NCBI GenBank assembly: GCA_032718475.1
Contig: JAUCBJ010005636.1
Coordinates: forward strand, 1 to 47,704
DNA length: 47,704 nucleotides
Reading direction: 5' to 3'
Source: Nemertoderma westbladi
Taxonomy: Eukaryota; Animalia; Xenacoelomorpha
Part shown: piece after piece, positions 1 to 12,368 of the stretch
How the letters are laid out: every line of letters starts with the position of its first letter
Position numbering within the stretch: the first letter of the stretch is position 1
Position numbers and translations under genes: made by a program
The notes under the pieces: generated by a model
Databases searched by the model: none
Seen by the model: the letters and a program-made list of their open reading frames with translations, nothing else
What the model was told of the DNA's origin: nothing

Positions 1-759
1 CAAGCTTAGAAAACCCTATTCTCTGCGAGAGTTTTGGACGAACATATCCCATGACAAGCGGAGGAAAATCAGCTCGAGGAGAAGCATATCGAAATGGACG
101 AGACACCGACAGTAAACCCAAACCTTCTAATGCAATCATATTGCACCCTTCACCCAGGAGTTATGGCCCTCCTAGTAAAGTGGTTCCCCCAAAGAGAAAA
201 GGACTCTTGCTAGCTTTAAAAAAAACTGCGTAAACGCCGTCCGCGCAAGAAAGACTAACTGTTTAGAGTATCTTTAGGTTTTAGAAACTGTGATTTTATA
301 TTTTATAGACTGAAAATCCCATTTTCTGGGAGCGGTGTAAAAGCCTTTGCTGAATTGCCCCGTTATTTTTATTATCTTTTACATTAAAATACTCTGTAGT
401 TGATTTAATAAGTGTAAGAGACCGTATTATTGCTGTATCGGTGTTTTTAGAGGATCTAAGACCTATTTCCTCCGTATGTGTACTGTGAAAGGCATATTTT
501 ATGATTCTATGGCAATTCGTGACGCAAAAGGGTGATAGCTACTCTTGAACAGTAGTTACTATGACTACGGTTAACAGCTGACATTCATACGTGTTGATTT
601 CCTTTGTTCTACGGTGTCTCTCAGTTCAGTCAGCCAATGAGAGCGTTTTTGTGGCTCCTTGTACAGAAAATTTCCGAGAAATGACGCAATGCCTATGTGC
701 AGTGTTTACATTCAGTCCTGAGCCAAAGAAAGAACGGCTTGGAAGTATTTTGTGCTTTA

Positions 760-1581
760 CTGTTTTTTAGTCGTACACTAGTAGGTTTAATTATAAAGGG
801 CATATATCCTTTAACATACCTAACGACTACCTGACTCATGGAATCACTGCTAACTGATCATACATACTGACTGCTGAAACATTGCAAACTCATAACAATC
901 AGAGTTCAGTTGTTGTTTTATACTGCTATTTACTGTCAGTTCTTCATAATATGGTTGATGAATTATTATATTGGAATAACGAGAAATAACCCCGAAACCC
1001 AATATTCTTGATATACCGAAGGTAAGAGAGAAAGGTTACAGATAAACGATTGTGACTTATGTTAAAGTGGTTTGAAGTGAATCTAATGTTATTTGATAGA
1101 CCCTACATGAGTCAGTCTGTGTTCCTTTTATATGTGACTAAAATCAGTGAAGATCGGCAGATTAGTGTGCAGTATTGTGCAGCATTGTGTATGAGTGAGT
1201 CTGTTAAAGAAGCATTCCTAAAGAATGCGCCATATATGTGAATTATAATTGAGCCATATCGTTGTGAGTAGTTTAAGTCATAACTCTGTTTATGTAGATA
1301 AGGCGCCACGTCCTAAAGGAAATGTTAATATTACCGAAGGTGAATAATATTGTCAGAGATTATATAATACTGTCAGTCGAATAATACATTAGGCTTACAT
1401 AGCAATAAAATTAAACCGTCGAACCCAATCTCCCGGGAATATCCAGCGGGTGAATGGTCGCGCACGGATTGGTTTCGACTAGTGTAGTGAATCAAATACT
1501 TGTCATAGGCTAAAAAGCGATTTAATATCTAGAAGACATCTTAATTTGGCGGGTTAAACTGCCAAAGGTCTGAAAGCGCGA
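760..1581 (+). repeat. Interspersed repeat, copy A (inverted copy at 46879-47704)
   Basis: About 820 bp highly similar to the reverse complement of 46879-47704. Homology stops sharply after ...GGTCTGAAAGCGCGA (1581). The outer boundary is unresolved because copy B runs off the window. Confidence 0.9.
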
Positions 1582-1937
1582 GCAAAAACCATTATATTTC
1601 ACCTTTCTTTGTAGAAACCTCTTCAATAATTCTTCAAATTCTCAGAATGCGCTCAAATGTGCCCCTACCTTTTCGAAACACATTCTGATTCATCGCAAGT
1701 CTTTCTACAGGATTCCTGGTCAGATGCAGCGTTATTGATTGGGTAATATAATATTGCGGCAATCGAGATAAAGACTAATTCCACGATATTACGAACGAAA
1801 ATAGGAGAGGTTACAATAGCTTGTAGTAACCTAGTATGTTAAGTTGCTCCAATATATTATGTAACAGCTGTTAAAAAATAATGAGTTCGGATTAGACACT
1901 ACGTGCATGTCGGTAGCGGTTGCTTGCATATTCTTAC

Positions 1938-2051
1938 CTTGTTGAACATAATAACATTTTCTTCATATTTTTTCCTGGATTCCACCTCATCCTTCAAGCA
2001 GGAATGATAATTATTTATATGTACTTTAATCAATTTCTTGGACGTCTCCAT
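1938..2051 (-). CDS. GRAF/oligophrenin-like gene 2, BAR-domain exon (METSKKLIKVHINNYHSCLKDEVESRKKYEENVIMFNK)
   Basis: TTGCAG acceptor and GTAAGA donor, 114 bp, phase 0/0. Same length and phase as gene 1 exon 36507-36620, with similar sequence. The gene continues beyond position 1. Confidence 0.8.
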
Positions 2052-2787
2052 CTGCAATAGCGCAAGTTATTCTACTAATAAAAAACAATATTTTTGAAAT
2101 GCGATTAACTACACTACTGCTAAATAACAAAACTATTAATGTTCTCGGTCTTTCGTAATGGGAAATACCCTATTACTGTAAACCTTTTATTGGGTAATAA
2201 AATTTACTTCCCTAATTATTGTAAATCTTTTTGAAAAACTGATTCTTTATTTTTTAACGGTAATTTGAACGACTTGACGAATGAAATAAAACAGTAGATA
2301 ATTAACATTATTTTAAATCGACAGTTAAATCTCACCTCCATGTGCAAAAATAGGTACAATAGGCCTACCTAGTCTTACAGTAAATGATAAGTTATTCGTA
2401 ATTTCCTTTATACTCTAATTACATTTTATAAATCATACTGTACATAATTACATCATTATTGTTGAGTGGGTGAATTGTAACACGTGTTTATTTTTTCATT
2501 GGTTGTCATTCAATAACGATATATCCAGACTGATTCATAACAATTACGTAAATACCGGTATGAATAATCTCAATGGGACAGTAGGATACTTTTGAGGTTT
2601 ATTGGGTGTTGGATGGACGAGATAAATTGAGAGGAGGGTGATCGAGAGATTGTTCTGTTACACCTCGAGCCAACTCAGCTGAGATCGAAGCGTGCTGTGA
2701 GAGACTGTGCACCGAGTTAGCTCATTCCGGACATGAATGGTGGGTCAGCATTTGGATTGTGCTGAGCAGGCCTGTGATTAGGTCCGG

Positions 2788-3659
2788 GTCATTCCACACG
2801 TCGAACGACCCCACCCGAGATACAGTGGTGTCATTCCGAACGCCGCACCACCCCACCCGAGACACAGTGGTGTCATTCCGCACGCCGCACCACCCCACCC
2901 GAGATACAGTGGTGTCATTCCACACGCCGCATCACCCCACCCGAGATACAGTGGTGTAATTCTGCACGCCGCACCACCCCACCCGAGATACAGTGGTGTC
3001 ATTCCACACGCCGCACCACCCCACCCGAGATACAGTGGTGTCATTCCGCACGCCACACCACCCCACCCGAGACACAGTGATGTCATTCCACACGCCGCAC
3101 CACCCCACCCGAGATACAGTGGTGTCATTCCACACGCCGCACCACCCCACCCGAGATACAGTGGTGTCATTCCACACGCCGCACCACCCCACCCGAGATA
3201 CAGTGGTGTCATTCCACACGCCTTACCACCCCACCCGAGATACAGTGGTTTCATTCCACACGCCGCACCACCCCACCCGAGATACAGTGGTGTCATTCCG
3301 CACGCCACACCATCCCACCCGAGATACAGTGGTGTCATTCCGCACGCCGCACCACCCCACCCGAGATACAGTGGTGTCATTCCGCACGCCGCACCACCCC
3401 ACCCGAGATACAGTGGTGTCATTCCGCACGCCGCACCACCCCACCCGAGACACAGTGATGTCATTCCACACGCCGCACCACCCCACCCGAGATACAGTGG
3501 TGTCATTCCGCACGCCGCACCACCCCACCCGAGACACATTGGTGTCATTCCACACGCCGCACCACCCCACCCGAGACACAGTGGTGTCATTCCGCACGCC
3601 GCACCACCCCACCCGAGATACAGTGGTGTCATTCCGCACAGTGCACGACCCAACCCGAA
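2788..3659. repeat. GC-rich 42-bp minisatellite, ~21 copies (GTCATTCC[A/G]CACGCCGCACCACCCCACCCGAGA[T/C]ACAGTGGT)
   Basis: Period of 42 read directly. Terminal units are degenerate. It explains the 14-aa repeat ORFs in several frames. Confidence 0.97.
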
Positions 3660-3989
3660 TGCAATAGACGAATAATGCTGAGCAAGGCAAGGGGGGCATT
3701 GCAACCCCGCCTCGAATACAGATCTGAGTGGGCGATTTTCAGAAGAGAGGAATGCTCCTATCCCATATAAACCAACGCGACTAGGAGTACCTAGGAGTCT
3801 GTGTAGCAACTCCCCCACCAAGACACGAGTTGCCAGTAGGCGAGCTCTCCGGTTTTGGGAGTGAAAACCGTCAAGACCCCGAGGCGGATTGAGATGAAGT
3901 AACATATTCGATAACGAGGAGAACCACACTTCTAGATCCAGGTCAGGTCAGGTTCCAGGATCTAGGTTCCAGGTCAGGCGGGAGACATT

Positions 3990-4300
3990 GTACAGGATGG
4001 AGCTGGCCTTTGTTATAAGAGAATGAAGATTTCTTGGCAGTATAGGTACGTACAACCGAAATGTAGTGATTTAGGTTGGGAAGCTTTTATCGGCAGCCAA
4101 ATCTCGATGTTAAATATGATTGTCAAAAATAACCAATCTACATGCCAGAAGGAAGGTTTGGTTTCTCTAAAGCGGGACTCGACTCTCTCAATACTTAAAG
4201 GTGACAAGACCGGTAACATTATCTTAATGGATAGGCCTACATTGATGAGGAATAAAGATATCACCCGCATTATTGTCAAATAGAGATATGTACTGTATTA
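3990..4300 (+). mobile_element. Penelope-like retroelement fragment (pre-RT 'DKG' region), degenerate
   Basis: Translation EGLVSLKRDSTLSILKGDKTGNIILMDR resembles the PLE LxxLKxxxxIxIxxxDKGxxxVxMD motif. No RT core follows. Confidence 0.5.
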
Positions 4301-4851
4301 GGTTCTATCTTGGAACCAAACAAATACTGTAAGTTTATCGCCGAGTTACCGAAATGCAACAATATCTCATTCCGAAGAACCCATCAATAGGTTATCGGCT
4401 ATTCATGGCGCTGAATTTTGCTTTGGCTGCCTGGTGTTGGGTTTCCCCGTCAGTTTCTTGGACGCAATGAGATTTGGAAAACCTGAAACCTGGTTGAAAC
4501 GTGAGAGGGAATGGGGGTTGACCGGTTTTACCTAGGGGCAACACGGGTACTTTGGTCTGATTCTCAAACCAGCGGTTAACTTTGTTAATTTAGAAGAACG
4601 AGTTAGGCCTAGTCAGGCGCAGTGTATTTTTTCCTCACGTTTTGATTTCTGGTCAGTCTGTTTAACTGACCAATTAGCACAGACATGTTCTTTCTAAAAG
4701 TACCTACTGCTTCCCAAGACTTCCAAAAATTTATTTTATAACACCCACCACAATTAATACAGTAATCAGTACCGGTATATCGGTTAATTATATGATATAA
4801 TATTATTCAGTCGAAATATCAAAGGAATTTTTGAAAATGGCATTATAGTTG

Positions 4852-4955
4852 ATTGGAACAAAAGTTCGCATATATTGGAACAAAAGTTCGCATAAATTGG
4901 AACAAAAGTTCGCATATATTGGAACAAAGTTCGCATATATTGGAAAAAAGTTCGC
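4852..4955. repeat. 22-bp tandem repeat, ~5 copies (ATTGGAACAAAAGTTCGCATAT)
   Basis: Unit starts at 4852, 4874, 4896, 4918 and ~4939. Confidence 0.9.
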
Positions 4956-5075
4956 GTTACGGTATAAGATATCTGTCATCTCTCCAGTCTACAACTCAAC
5001 TACACTCAGCCAGCCATTCTTCTCACTAGGTTTCTAAATTAATTTCAATATAGTAGTATTCATAATTCAACTTAC

Positions 5076-5221
5076 CACATCAGCAGCCTTTTTACTTATA
5101 GAATCGAATATGTGACCAAAGGTGGTGAGAGTTTCCAATATGAACTCTTCATCTTTTGAGAAGCCAGCTTTATTGAAGTTTAAAATACTTTGAGAAAATT
5201 TGGCCTGCTTCACAGACATTT
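5076..5221 (-). CDS. GRAF/oligophrenin-like gene 2, BAR-domain exon (EMSVKQAKFSQSILNFNKAGFSKDEEFILETLTTFGHIFDSISKKAADV)
   Basis: TTACAG acceptor and GTAAGT donor, 146 bp, phase 1/0. Resembles the GRAF BAR segment (..KFxxSLxxF....DDE..I..SL..F..). Confidence 0.8.
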
Positions 5222-5329
5222 CTGTAATATTAAAATGCATGTCAATTATTTCCGTGGTAGTTTACAATCACTAATACAAACAATAACAATTTATCAAACA
5301 TGCGAAGGTGTGTTCCAGAAGGTCCTCGT

Positions 5330-5670
5330 AGCAAAAGCAATGTCCTGCACAGCGGGGGCGGTTCCATTCAATTGACAAGCATGGCGGGACTAATGAGACA
5401 CCTCCAATGATTTATTTGGTCTGGTTGAGATGTGTTATTATGCTTGACAAAATGAATCAGGCATATCGTTCTTGTGAAAGTGCCATCCAGAGATTTGGTG
5501 TCCTCAGCAGTTAGAGCCCAGCATGGACTCCCATATAAGAGTACTGGTACTACTGCTGCCCTAAATAATCGAACCTTGAGGTTCCGTTTTATTCCATGGG
5601 ACTTCCAAATCTAGGGAAGAATATTCAATGCTGCCCATGCCTTCCACTTACGTATTCGAAAGTCTTCACA
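5330..5670 (-). mobile_element. RTE-clade LINE fragment (same family as 24384-25585)
   Basis: 5493-5580 aligns by eye to 24818-24905 (TTTGGTGTCCTC..CAGTTAGAGCCCAGCATGGA..CCCATA..GAGTACTGG..CTACTGCTGC..TAAATAATCG). Confidence 0.75.
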
Positions 5671-6154
5671 ACCAAGTTTGTCAACCAAGAGACTGTTTGT
5701 CAACCAAGAGACTGTTTGTCTACCAAGAGACGAGACTGTTTTTCAACCAAGATACTGTTTGTCAACCAAGAGACTGTTTGTCAACCAAGAGACTGTTTGT
5801 CAACCAAGAGACTGTTTGTCAACCAAGAGACTGTTTGTCAACATAGAGACTGTTTGTCAACCAAGAGACTGTTTGTCAACCAATAGACTGTTTGTCAACC
5901 AAAAGACTGTTTGTCAACCAAGTGAGTTTTTGACAACCAAGAGACTGTTTGTCAACCAAGAGATTGTTTGTCAACCACGAGACTGTTTGTCAACCAAGAG
6001 ACTGTTTGTCAACCAAGAGACTGTTTGTCAACCAAGAGACTGTTTGTCAACCAAGAGACTGTTTGTCAACCAAGAGACTGTTTGTCAACCAAGAGACTGT
6101 TTGTCAACCAAGAGACTGTTTGTCAACCAAGAGACTGTTTGTCAACCAAGAGAC
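5670..6154. repeat. 20-bp minisatellite, ~24 copies (TGTCAACCAAGAGACTGTTT)
   Basis: Direct periodicity. Source of the repetitive STKRLFVNQETVCQPRDCL ORFs. Confidence 0.97.
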
Positions 6155-6204
6155 AGCCATTGTTTGTCTTTCTTATGGCAACTCTACCGTTCGTCCCGAG
6201 ATCT

Positions 6205-7000
6205 GTTACTTAGCGACCCAGCGCAGCGAGGGAGGTAAATAAGTCAGATAGAAGGGCGAATATGTAACTCTTTTATTTAATGTACAATATGTAATTTTGT
6301 TACATTATGCCAACTTAACAGCGTTCTGGTGAATTACTTGTAACGCAGCAAAGTACTTCTTTGCAGCGTTGTGGCCTATATTACGGAACGCTGCAAAGTA
6401 ATAAATGACATGGAAGCAACTTCAATTACCGTATTCCAGAATGTATTATTTCCATTTATGTTAATGAGTGCGTTTATCCATTAATTATCCAGTCTGCAGT
6501 GACGGGACTAGCTACTGTATGTAAATAATTGTTTAACGTGTACTGTAATCCATTATGGCGAAACGTCCAATAGAAGACACTAAAATAACCAAAGAAAGTG
6601 ACGACAGTGTTCAGTAAAACTGAACGGACACAGACGGTGACTAAGTTTGCTTCAGTCGACTATAGTCAAGATGGATTAATGATTTATCACATCTATGCAG
6701 TAGATAACTTCCAATAAACTTTAATTATATTTAAATGTATAATTAATACTGTGTACCTGTTTAAAATTTCACTTAAATTCAATATAGTACATGATTAAAA
6801 TGTATAAATGAGCATCCATAAAATCCTTTATTCACATACCGAACGCTGATAAGTTGACATAATGTAACAAAATTACATACATTATTATTGCTTGCAAAGG
6901 TAACTTTTCAGCGTTAAAGACCCTTGTTTATTTATGTAAACCTCCCTCGCTGCGCTCGCTTGGTACATAAATAAACTCGGGTCATAACGCTGCAAAGTGC
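6205..7000. mobile_element. Unclassified non-autonomous element with inverted motifs and hairpins
   Basis: GCGCAGCGAGGGAGGT (~6221) is inverted relative to ACCTCCCTCGCTGCGC (~6940). There is a long imperfect hairpin at ~6909-6992 and a CTTTGCAGCGTT/AACGCTGCAAAG hairpin at ~6359-6398. Confidence 0.5.
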
Positions 7001-7184
7001 TACTTTGCACACAATGATGTAAATAGTTATGATTAACAATATATTTTAGGTTAGTAGTCAATTAGTGTTAGTAATTGGTACTAATTATCTATAGTGTTAG
7101 GGTTAGGTTTATGGTAGAGTTTGGGGGAGGCTGTCATTTTTGATACACAGTAATACTGTAGTGAATTCGGTTTTTACTAACAAC

Positions 7185-7333
7185 CTTTTCCTGTTTCTAG
7201 GATGCTCTGTCCTTCCTCAAAAAGTTTATCTATCGCCTTTTTAGATTCGTCCATTTTCGATTGGCGTTCTTTCAAGTCATTTTTGAAAGTTGGCCAGCAG
7301 TCAATATAGTCACCGAATAGCAGAGACTTTACC
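7185..7333 (-). CDS. GRAF/oligophrenin-like gene 2, N-terminal BAR exon (VKSLLFGDYIDCWPTFKNDLKERQSKMDESKKAIDKLFEEGQSILETGK)
   Basis: Polypyrimidine tract plus TAG acceptor, AAG|GT donor in phase with the next exon. Resembles the GRAF N-terminus pattern (LxFxD...SPxF...L...E..LD.T.K.I..L..DG..LI). The start codon must lie in an upstream exon. Confidence 0.75.
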
Positions 7334-8365
7334 CTAAATGAGAAAAGCCGGGAGTAAATTTGTAAGTAGGCAGAACGAATAACGGTTTGATATTCTTATA
7401 ATTTCGTTGGGCATAGCTTACCAAATTCGACATTGAAGACAATAATCAAACCTGGATCACATAGATCCAGATAAATTAACTTTAATGTGCATAATTTATT
7501 TTATTAAGGAATAAAAAACCTTTGCACTGATTTTTATTTATTTTATTTTATTACTTAATAAGAATAATTCTATACATTTCAGTAGATATTTTCCACAAAC
7601 AACATCGGCTTAATCCAAAGCCGCTTGTAGGAGTTGCGATCAGAAGCAGTTTCCATCCACGACTAAAAGATATGAGAATGAGAATCCTTCAGAAGATACA
7701 CCGAGACACGCCGCCCGAGTCAACAGCGGACCGCGTCCCTCAGTGGTACACCAGGCTGGGCTCGATAAATCGGCTACTGGAACAGAAGACAGAGAAGAAA
7801 GAAGGAATGTAAAAAGACACTAAAGATGGCCACTATGAACTCTCGCACACTGATAGCTCATAGCAAACAGGGTGACATGGTAGCGCTGGAAATGGAATAT
7901 AACACTCCTGTATCCTAGAACATCAGATTTGTGATAAAGACACGCAGCCATCAAGAACAATGACATTGGAAATGATGAGCGTTTGTAACAAGTAAGAAAT
8001 TTGATCAATTTATCAATTGGTGGAGTAGGAATTCTGTCAATTTCAATTATTGTACATTTTATCAATTGGTGGAGTAGGAATTCTGTCAATTTCAATTATT
8101 GTACATCATCTAAATCAACATTGAATCTATAAATTCCATGGTCATGGCTGCAATTGGAACACCATGACAACATTAATATTTTGCTACAGTCCAACCAATG
8201 CATACAGTAAAGTTTATATTTTTAAATTTGGTGCTTTCAATATTTGATTTTAGAAATACAAGTTTAAAAAATTTAGAAATCACTATTTTCATTTATAAAA
8301 TTCACTAACATATTTAGAAAAAAAATCCTGCTGCTTGTAAACGACCTTCTGGAACACAATGTTGT

Positions 8366-9238
8366 ACAAAATAATAACACTGGGTACCAACTTTTAGATA
8401 AAATTAGCCACGCGTTGCTTTTCTATAAGTAAATCCTCGAAATTATTAAATAAAATTGTCGCGAAATTAAATATTCAATTCTTATCAGGTGTATCATGTC
8501 CCCTACCGGTAGGTTGGTAACCGCTTAATTCTTAATTTATTGTGTACTGTACAATAAACTATGAAACCTACCGGGTACGTGTCACATAGGGGCCGTCCAA
8601 GAATGACGTCTGCACTTTTCCCCAAAATGTTGACCCCCTCCCTCCCCTAAATCAGATGTCATCAGATAGGCGTTGACCCCCCCCCCCCCCCCCTCCCCTA
8701 AATCAGATTAAATATATATATCTATATATTATATAGTAATAGGGGGTTAGCTAATAGGCCGGTTTGCCTGTGTACTGGAATAGCTTGGGCTGGGACGGAG
8801 TGCTGAAGATATGAATTAGGAAGTTAGGCCTACCACCGGTTACCGTACGTACATGACGTACGGTATCGGTTCAAAATGTCCTACCGGTACATCGGTACTA
8901 CCTGCCTACTGTTGCAATGGAGTATTATGCTGGGTCCCGGGCGCGGGCAGGCAGCACACAACAAATTAGGAAATGAGCGGTTACCAACCTACCGGTATCC
9001 GACATGATACCTGTACCATCAGCTGATCTGATAAGAAATAAATAGGCCCTACTTATTTCGCGACAATTTTATTCAATAATTTCGGAATTTACTTATTAAA
9101 AAGCAACGCGTGGCTAATTTTATCTAAAAGTTGGTACGCGGTGTTATTCTTTTGTGCTCTATTTATTTTCGACTGTCTGTTTGACTAAGTTTGTGTGTGT
9201 TCGACTGTGTTCGGTCGTGTTGCTCATTAAGTACCCTC
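8366..9238. mobile_element. MITE with ~160-bp imperfect inverted repeats, Mutator-like right terminus; left end truncated
   Basis: 8366-8525 is inverted relative to 8977-9155 (GTACCAACTTTTAGATAAAATTAGCCACGCGTTGC). The right end 9170-9238 carries TGTGTT-rich repeats similar to the MULE TIR at 42650-42748. Confidence 0.7.
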
Positions 9239-11441
9239 CTATACTGTAGCTAGAGTTTTATTAAAAAAAGTGTTAAGTTTTCAGATAGCTAGTAATGGAT
9301 TTTTTATAATACTTTAGCTGTGTTTTTATGGTGCTGTAGCTAGTAAATAACTAATTTAAAAAATATCTTTTAAATATATTATATTACAATAATTGGTAAT
9401 ATTATACAAAATAAGATAGTAAAAAACATCTGAATTTCAGACACATACCTCCCACTACCTGAATTTACTCAGATTTAACTAAGACCAGTACTAAGGTAGT
9501 ATTTCCACATTCCACTTCTAAAATATATAAACAAAACATAGTAAAAATACCTATTGGGCATGCATGGGAGGCGACATGGTGAACTAGAAAAAATGTGGTG
9601 GAATTTGGAACAGTAGCCCATATTCTGGCGTTACGAGGACTACACCAGGGCATTACTATGGTATGTATAAGCAAAAATTTAAAATTTTTTCGATTGATTT
9701 TAATAATTGTTTCCGTGCATGTAACTATATCATAAAAAGTCAAAATCAGAAGACAGAATGAATGAGTGATTTCAACGGACAAGAAAAATTATTGTTCTAA
9801 ATTTTATGGTGTAGCTAGTGTTTTAGGTAGGTTTAGATAGTAATTTCAACACTGGTTCCGACATCCTACTTCCTTATATAAATATTTTATAGTAGCTAGT
9901 TCTTATTTCTATTTGTATAGAAAATGTTGCAGAACATGTCAACTATTCTTTTTTAAAAATATTATGTTCTGGAACAAATATTTTTTGTTCTAGAACATTT
10001 TTTAGAAAAAATTTGGATTCTATTTAAAAACGCATGGAATCGTTTTACAACGTGTATAAAAATGAAAGGCACTACTACATACTATAGTATGTGTACCCAT
10101 GACCGGAATTTTTTTTGTAGTTGCTAGTTTTTGCTATACTTTTTTTTAATGTTGTGTCATATTAGCTATAGTTTTGTAAAAAAAAATGTTCTAGAACAAA
10201 TATTTTTCTTCTAGAACAACAAAAGATAAGTACAGAAAATGTCATATTAAAATTTTCAATTTTTGCTTATACATACCATAGTAATGCCCTACACCAGAAA
10301 GCCGAAATATTACAATAATGTAACAAAAACTATAATTAGAATAGTGATTATACCTTTTACTGCCTTTGGATCGGTCATCTTTAGGTTTATCGCTACCGGT
10401 GACGTATGACCTGCGTCTTATAGGAAAGCTCTGTTCATTGTTAGCGATAGGTGGCAAAATAATACCCGCCATGGCGTACCACACCGCACATATATACTAC
10501 GTACTAGGTCCTATATTATATGTACATAGACGTTAATAATACTGATTTTACCTATAGGGCATAGGCCTACATTAGAGTAACATATGGCCATAATACATAC
10601 ATTAGTTTAGGGTGTTATTTCGTATTTATTAAAAATATTCTAGAACGTTACTACTGTTACCTGTATGACTATTTTTGGATTTGATCGATTTTTGGATGAA
10701 ACAAGGTTGGTTATTAGTTATATTTGGGCCTGACATGTACACAATGACCAGGAATATAGTTTCAGTATTTAGGTAGGCCTACTTGCACCCCTAATTTTTT
10801 CCACAAATCTTATTGAGATTGCATGATATTTGTAACAGAGATAGTTCACCTACATACTCTTTTCTGGGTGAGCCATACTTAAAAAGTCGACATTACACAA
10901 GTCGTACTGGACTGCTGTTATTCATTAACTTATAGCAATTTGTTGGTAGGGGGGCCTACTGATGGAAAGCTGGCCAAGCAAGGATTCCAAATATGCCGAA
11001 TTTAGTTTCGTAATAGCATGCAAGGATATTGGTGTGTTGCATTGCATACGTATTTGTTTCCGCTGCAAGCTATTTATTTATTATTATTTATTATAAATAC
11101 ACCATATTCTTTCGAGACGCCCGTCCGTACATATATTCATCTCCCCAACTTTAGCTCCCATCCTGATACGCTGCTTTGTTGACATCTCGTTAGTAAATAA
11201 ATAAAAATAAAATATGAATTTATTCTTCACATTCAGCGCCCACAAAGTAGAACAGACATGGAGTGGCAACACTTCTCTAAACACTTTATTGGATGGCTAA
11301 ATCTTGTCTTACCCACGGCGACAATGCGATCATCGGTCTGAAATGGATGCATTGTAAGAAAACTACAATTCAGAATTCAGCACCTGTATTTTTTATGAAA
11401 GGGTAAATGCAAGGCCTACTACACTTACATTTAGTGTAGTA

Positions 11442-11837
11442 GGCCGGTGTAACAGGCTGAGATAACTTCTCGCCAAATATGACTCCCCAGTCTTCTCCCT
11501 AGATTTCTTAATTAACGGAAAGGAGCAGGTTACAGTGGCGGGCTTTTCTAACCAAAACAATAAACGATTTCTCAATTACATAGGTTACAGTTTTATTTCT
11601 GCAATATACGAAAATAACACAGGTACGGATATGAATTATAACTCAATTAGGGGAGTCATATCAGCCTAAGGAGAGTCATCTCAGTCTAAGGGAGTGTTCT
11701 CAGCCTAGGCTGAGATAACTGGGGAGTGTTCTCAGCTTAGGCTGAGACAACTGAGGAGTGTTCTCAGCCTAGGCTAGGCTGAGACGACTGGGGAGTCATT
11801 TCAAGGGGGAGTTATATCTCAGTCTTGTACACCGGCT
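11442..11837. mobile_element. MITE with TIRs GCCGGTGTA..CTGAGAT and internal palindromic CTCAGCCTAGGCTGAG repeats
   Basis: The ends at 11443-11470 and 11808-11836 are inverted. Part of the interior (11517-11598) recurs at ~28895-28975. Confidence 0.65.
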
Positions 11838-12021
11838 AAATAGTTAATTTGTGACTTCTGACTACTTCAAGCCACACAGATGAAAAGCTTTCAAGGACTT
11901 TTCTGGAGCTGGGTGAAGGCGAACTAATATTATATAAAAACATTTTATTTCATAATTTATTTTATTGAATTTATGTTACTTAACATTGCAAATTACACTT
12001 TATATTATTCATTCGGAACTT

Positions 12022-12027
12022 TTTATT
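12022..12027 (-). promoter_or_regulatory. Candidate polyadenylation signal (AATAAA) of gene 1
   Basis: TTTATT on the plus strand ~100 nt downstream of the stop codon. Several alternatives exist at ~11944-11966 in AT-rich DNA. Confidence 0.35.
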
Positions 12028-12127
12028 ATTAAAAAATAAAATGATGTTTAAATATTAATATAATGTTTTTTATTTCAGTATTTTTCAATTTCATTGATGT
12101 GATGACTTCATTTTCTGTATCCTGTAT

Positions 12128-12241
12128 TCAATCGTCGTGTATAATAGACCTACGACCTCTATTGACCCTCGGTTCTTCCATTATTAGGCGATGTGTACTG
12201 GAGTTGCGGCGGCCCATCTTCACAGAATCGGTTCCGAATAT
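12128..12241 (-). CDS. GRAF/oligophrenin-like gene 1, last coding exon (IFGTDSVKMGRRNSSTHRLIMEEPRVNRGRRSIIHDD*)
   Basis: AAG acceptor in phase 0 completes the RhoGAP end motif LIDNYNE|IF. TGA at 12130-12128. Confidence 0.8.
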   Translation of the reverse strand: MFGTDSVKMGRRNSSTHRLIMEEPRVNRGRRSIIHDD

Positions 12242-12368
12242 CTTTGTAACAAATTAAATAACAAATTACAAATTTAAGAACACAAAAAATATAGACACAA
12301 AAATTAATTACTTACTAAAAAGCTCGCCCTTGGCAAATTGGGCAAATCGTGGTGATAATCAAACTCAC

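Noticed and set aside
1059-1309. Short ORFs duplicated at 47152-47403
   Set aside because: They lie within a repeat, their frames differ between copies, and they carry no recognisable motifs.
2722-3929. Long repetitive ORFs (383 aa, 224 aa and others)
   Set aside because: By-products of a stop-free 42-bp tandem repeat that is open on both strands. No domain evidence.
2788-6154. CRISPR-like appearance of the tandem arrays
   Set aside because: No unique spacers, no cas genes, and a eukaryotic intronic context.
5596-6242. Cys-rich repetitive ORFs
   Set aside because: Translation of a 20-bp minisatellite cycling through frames.
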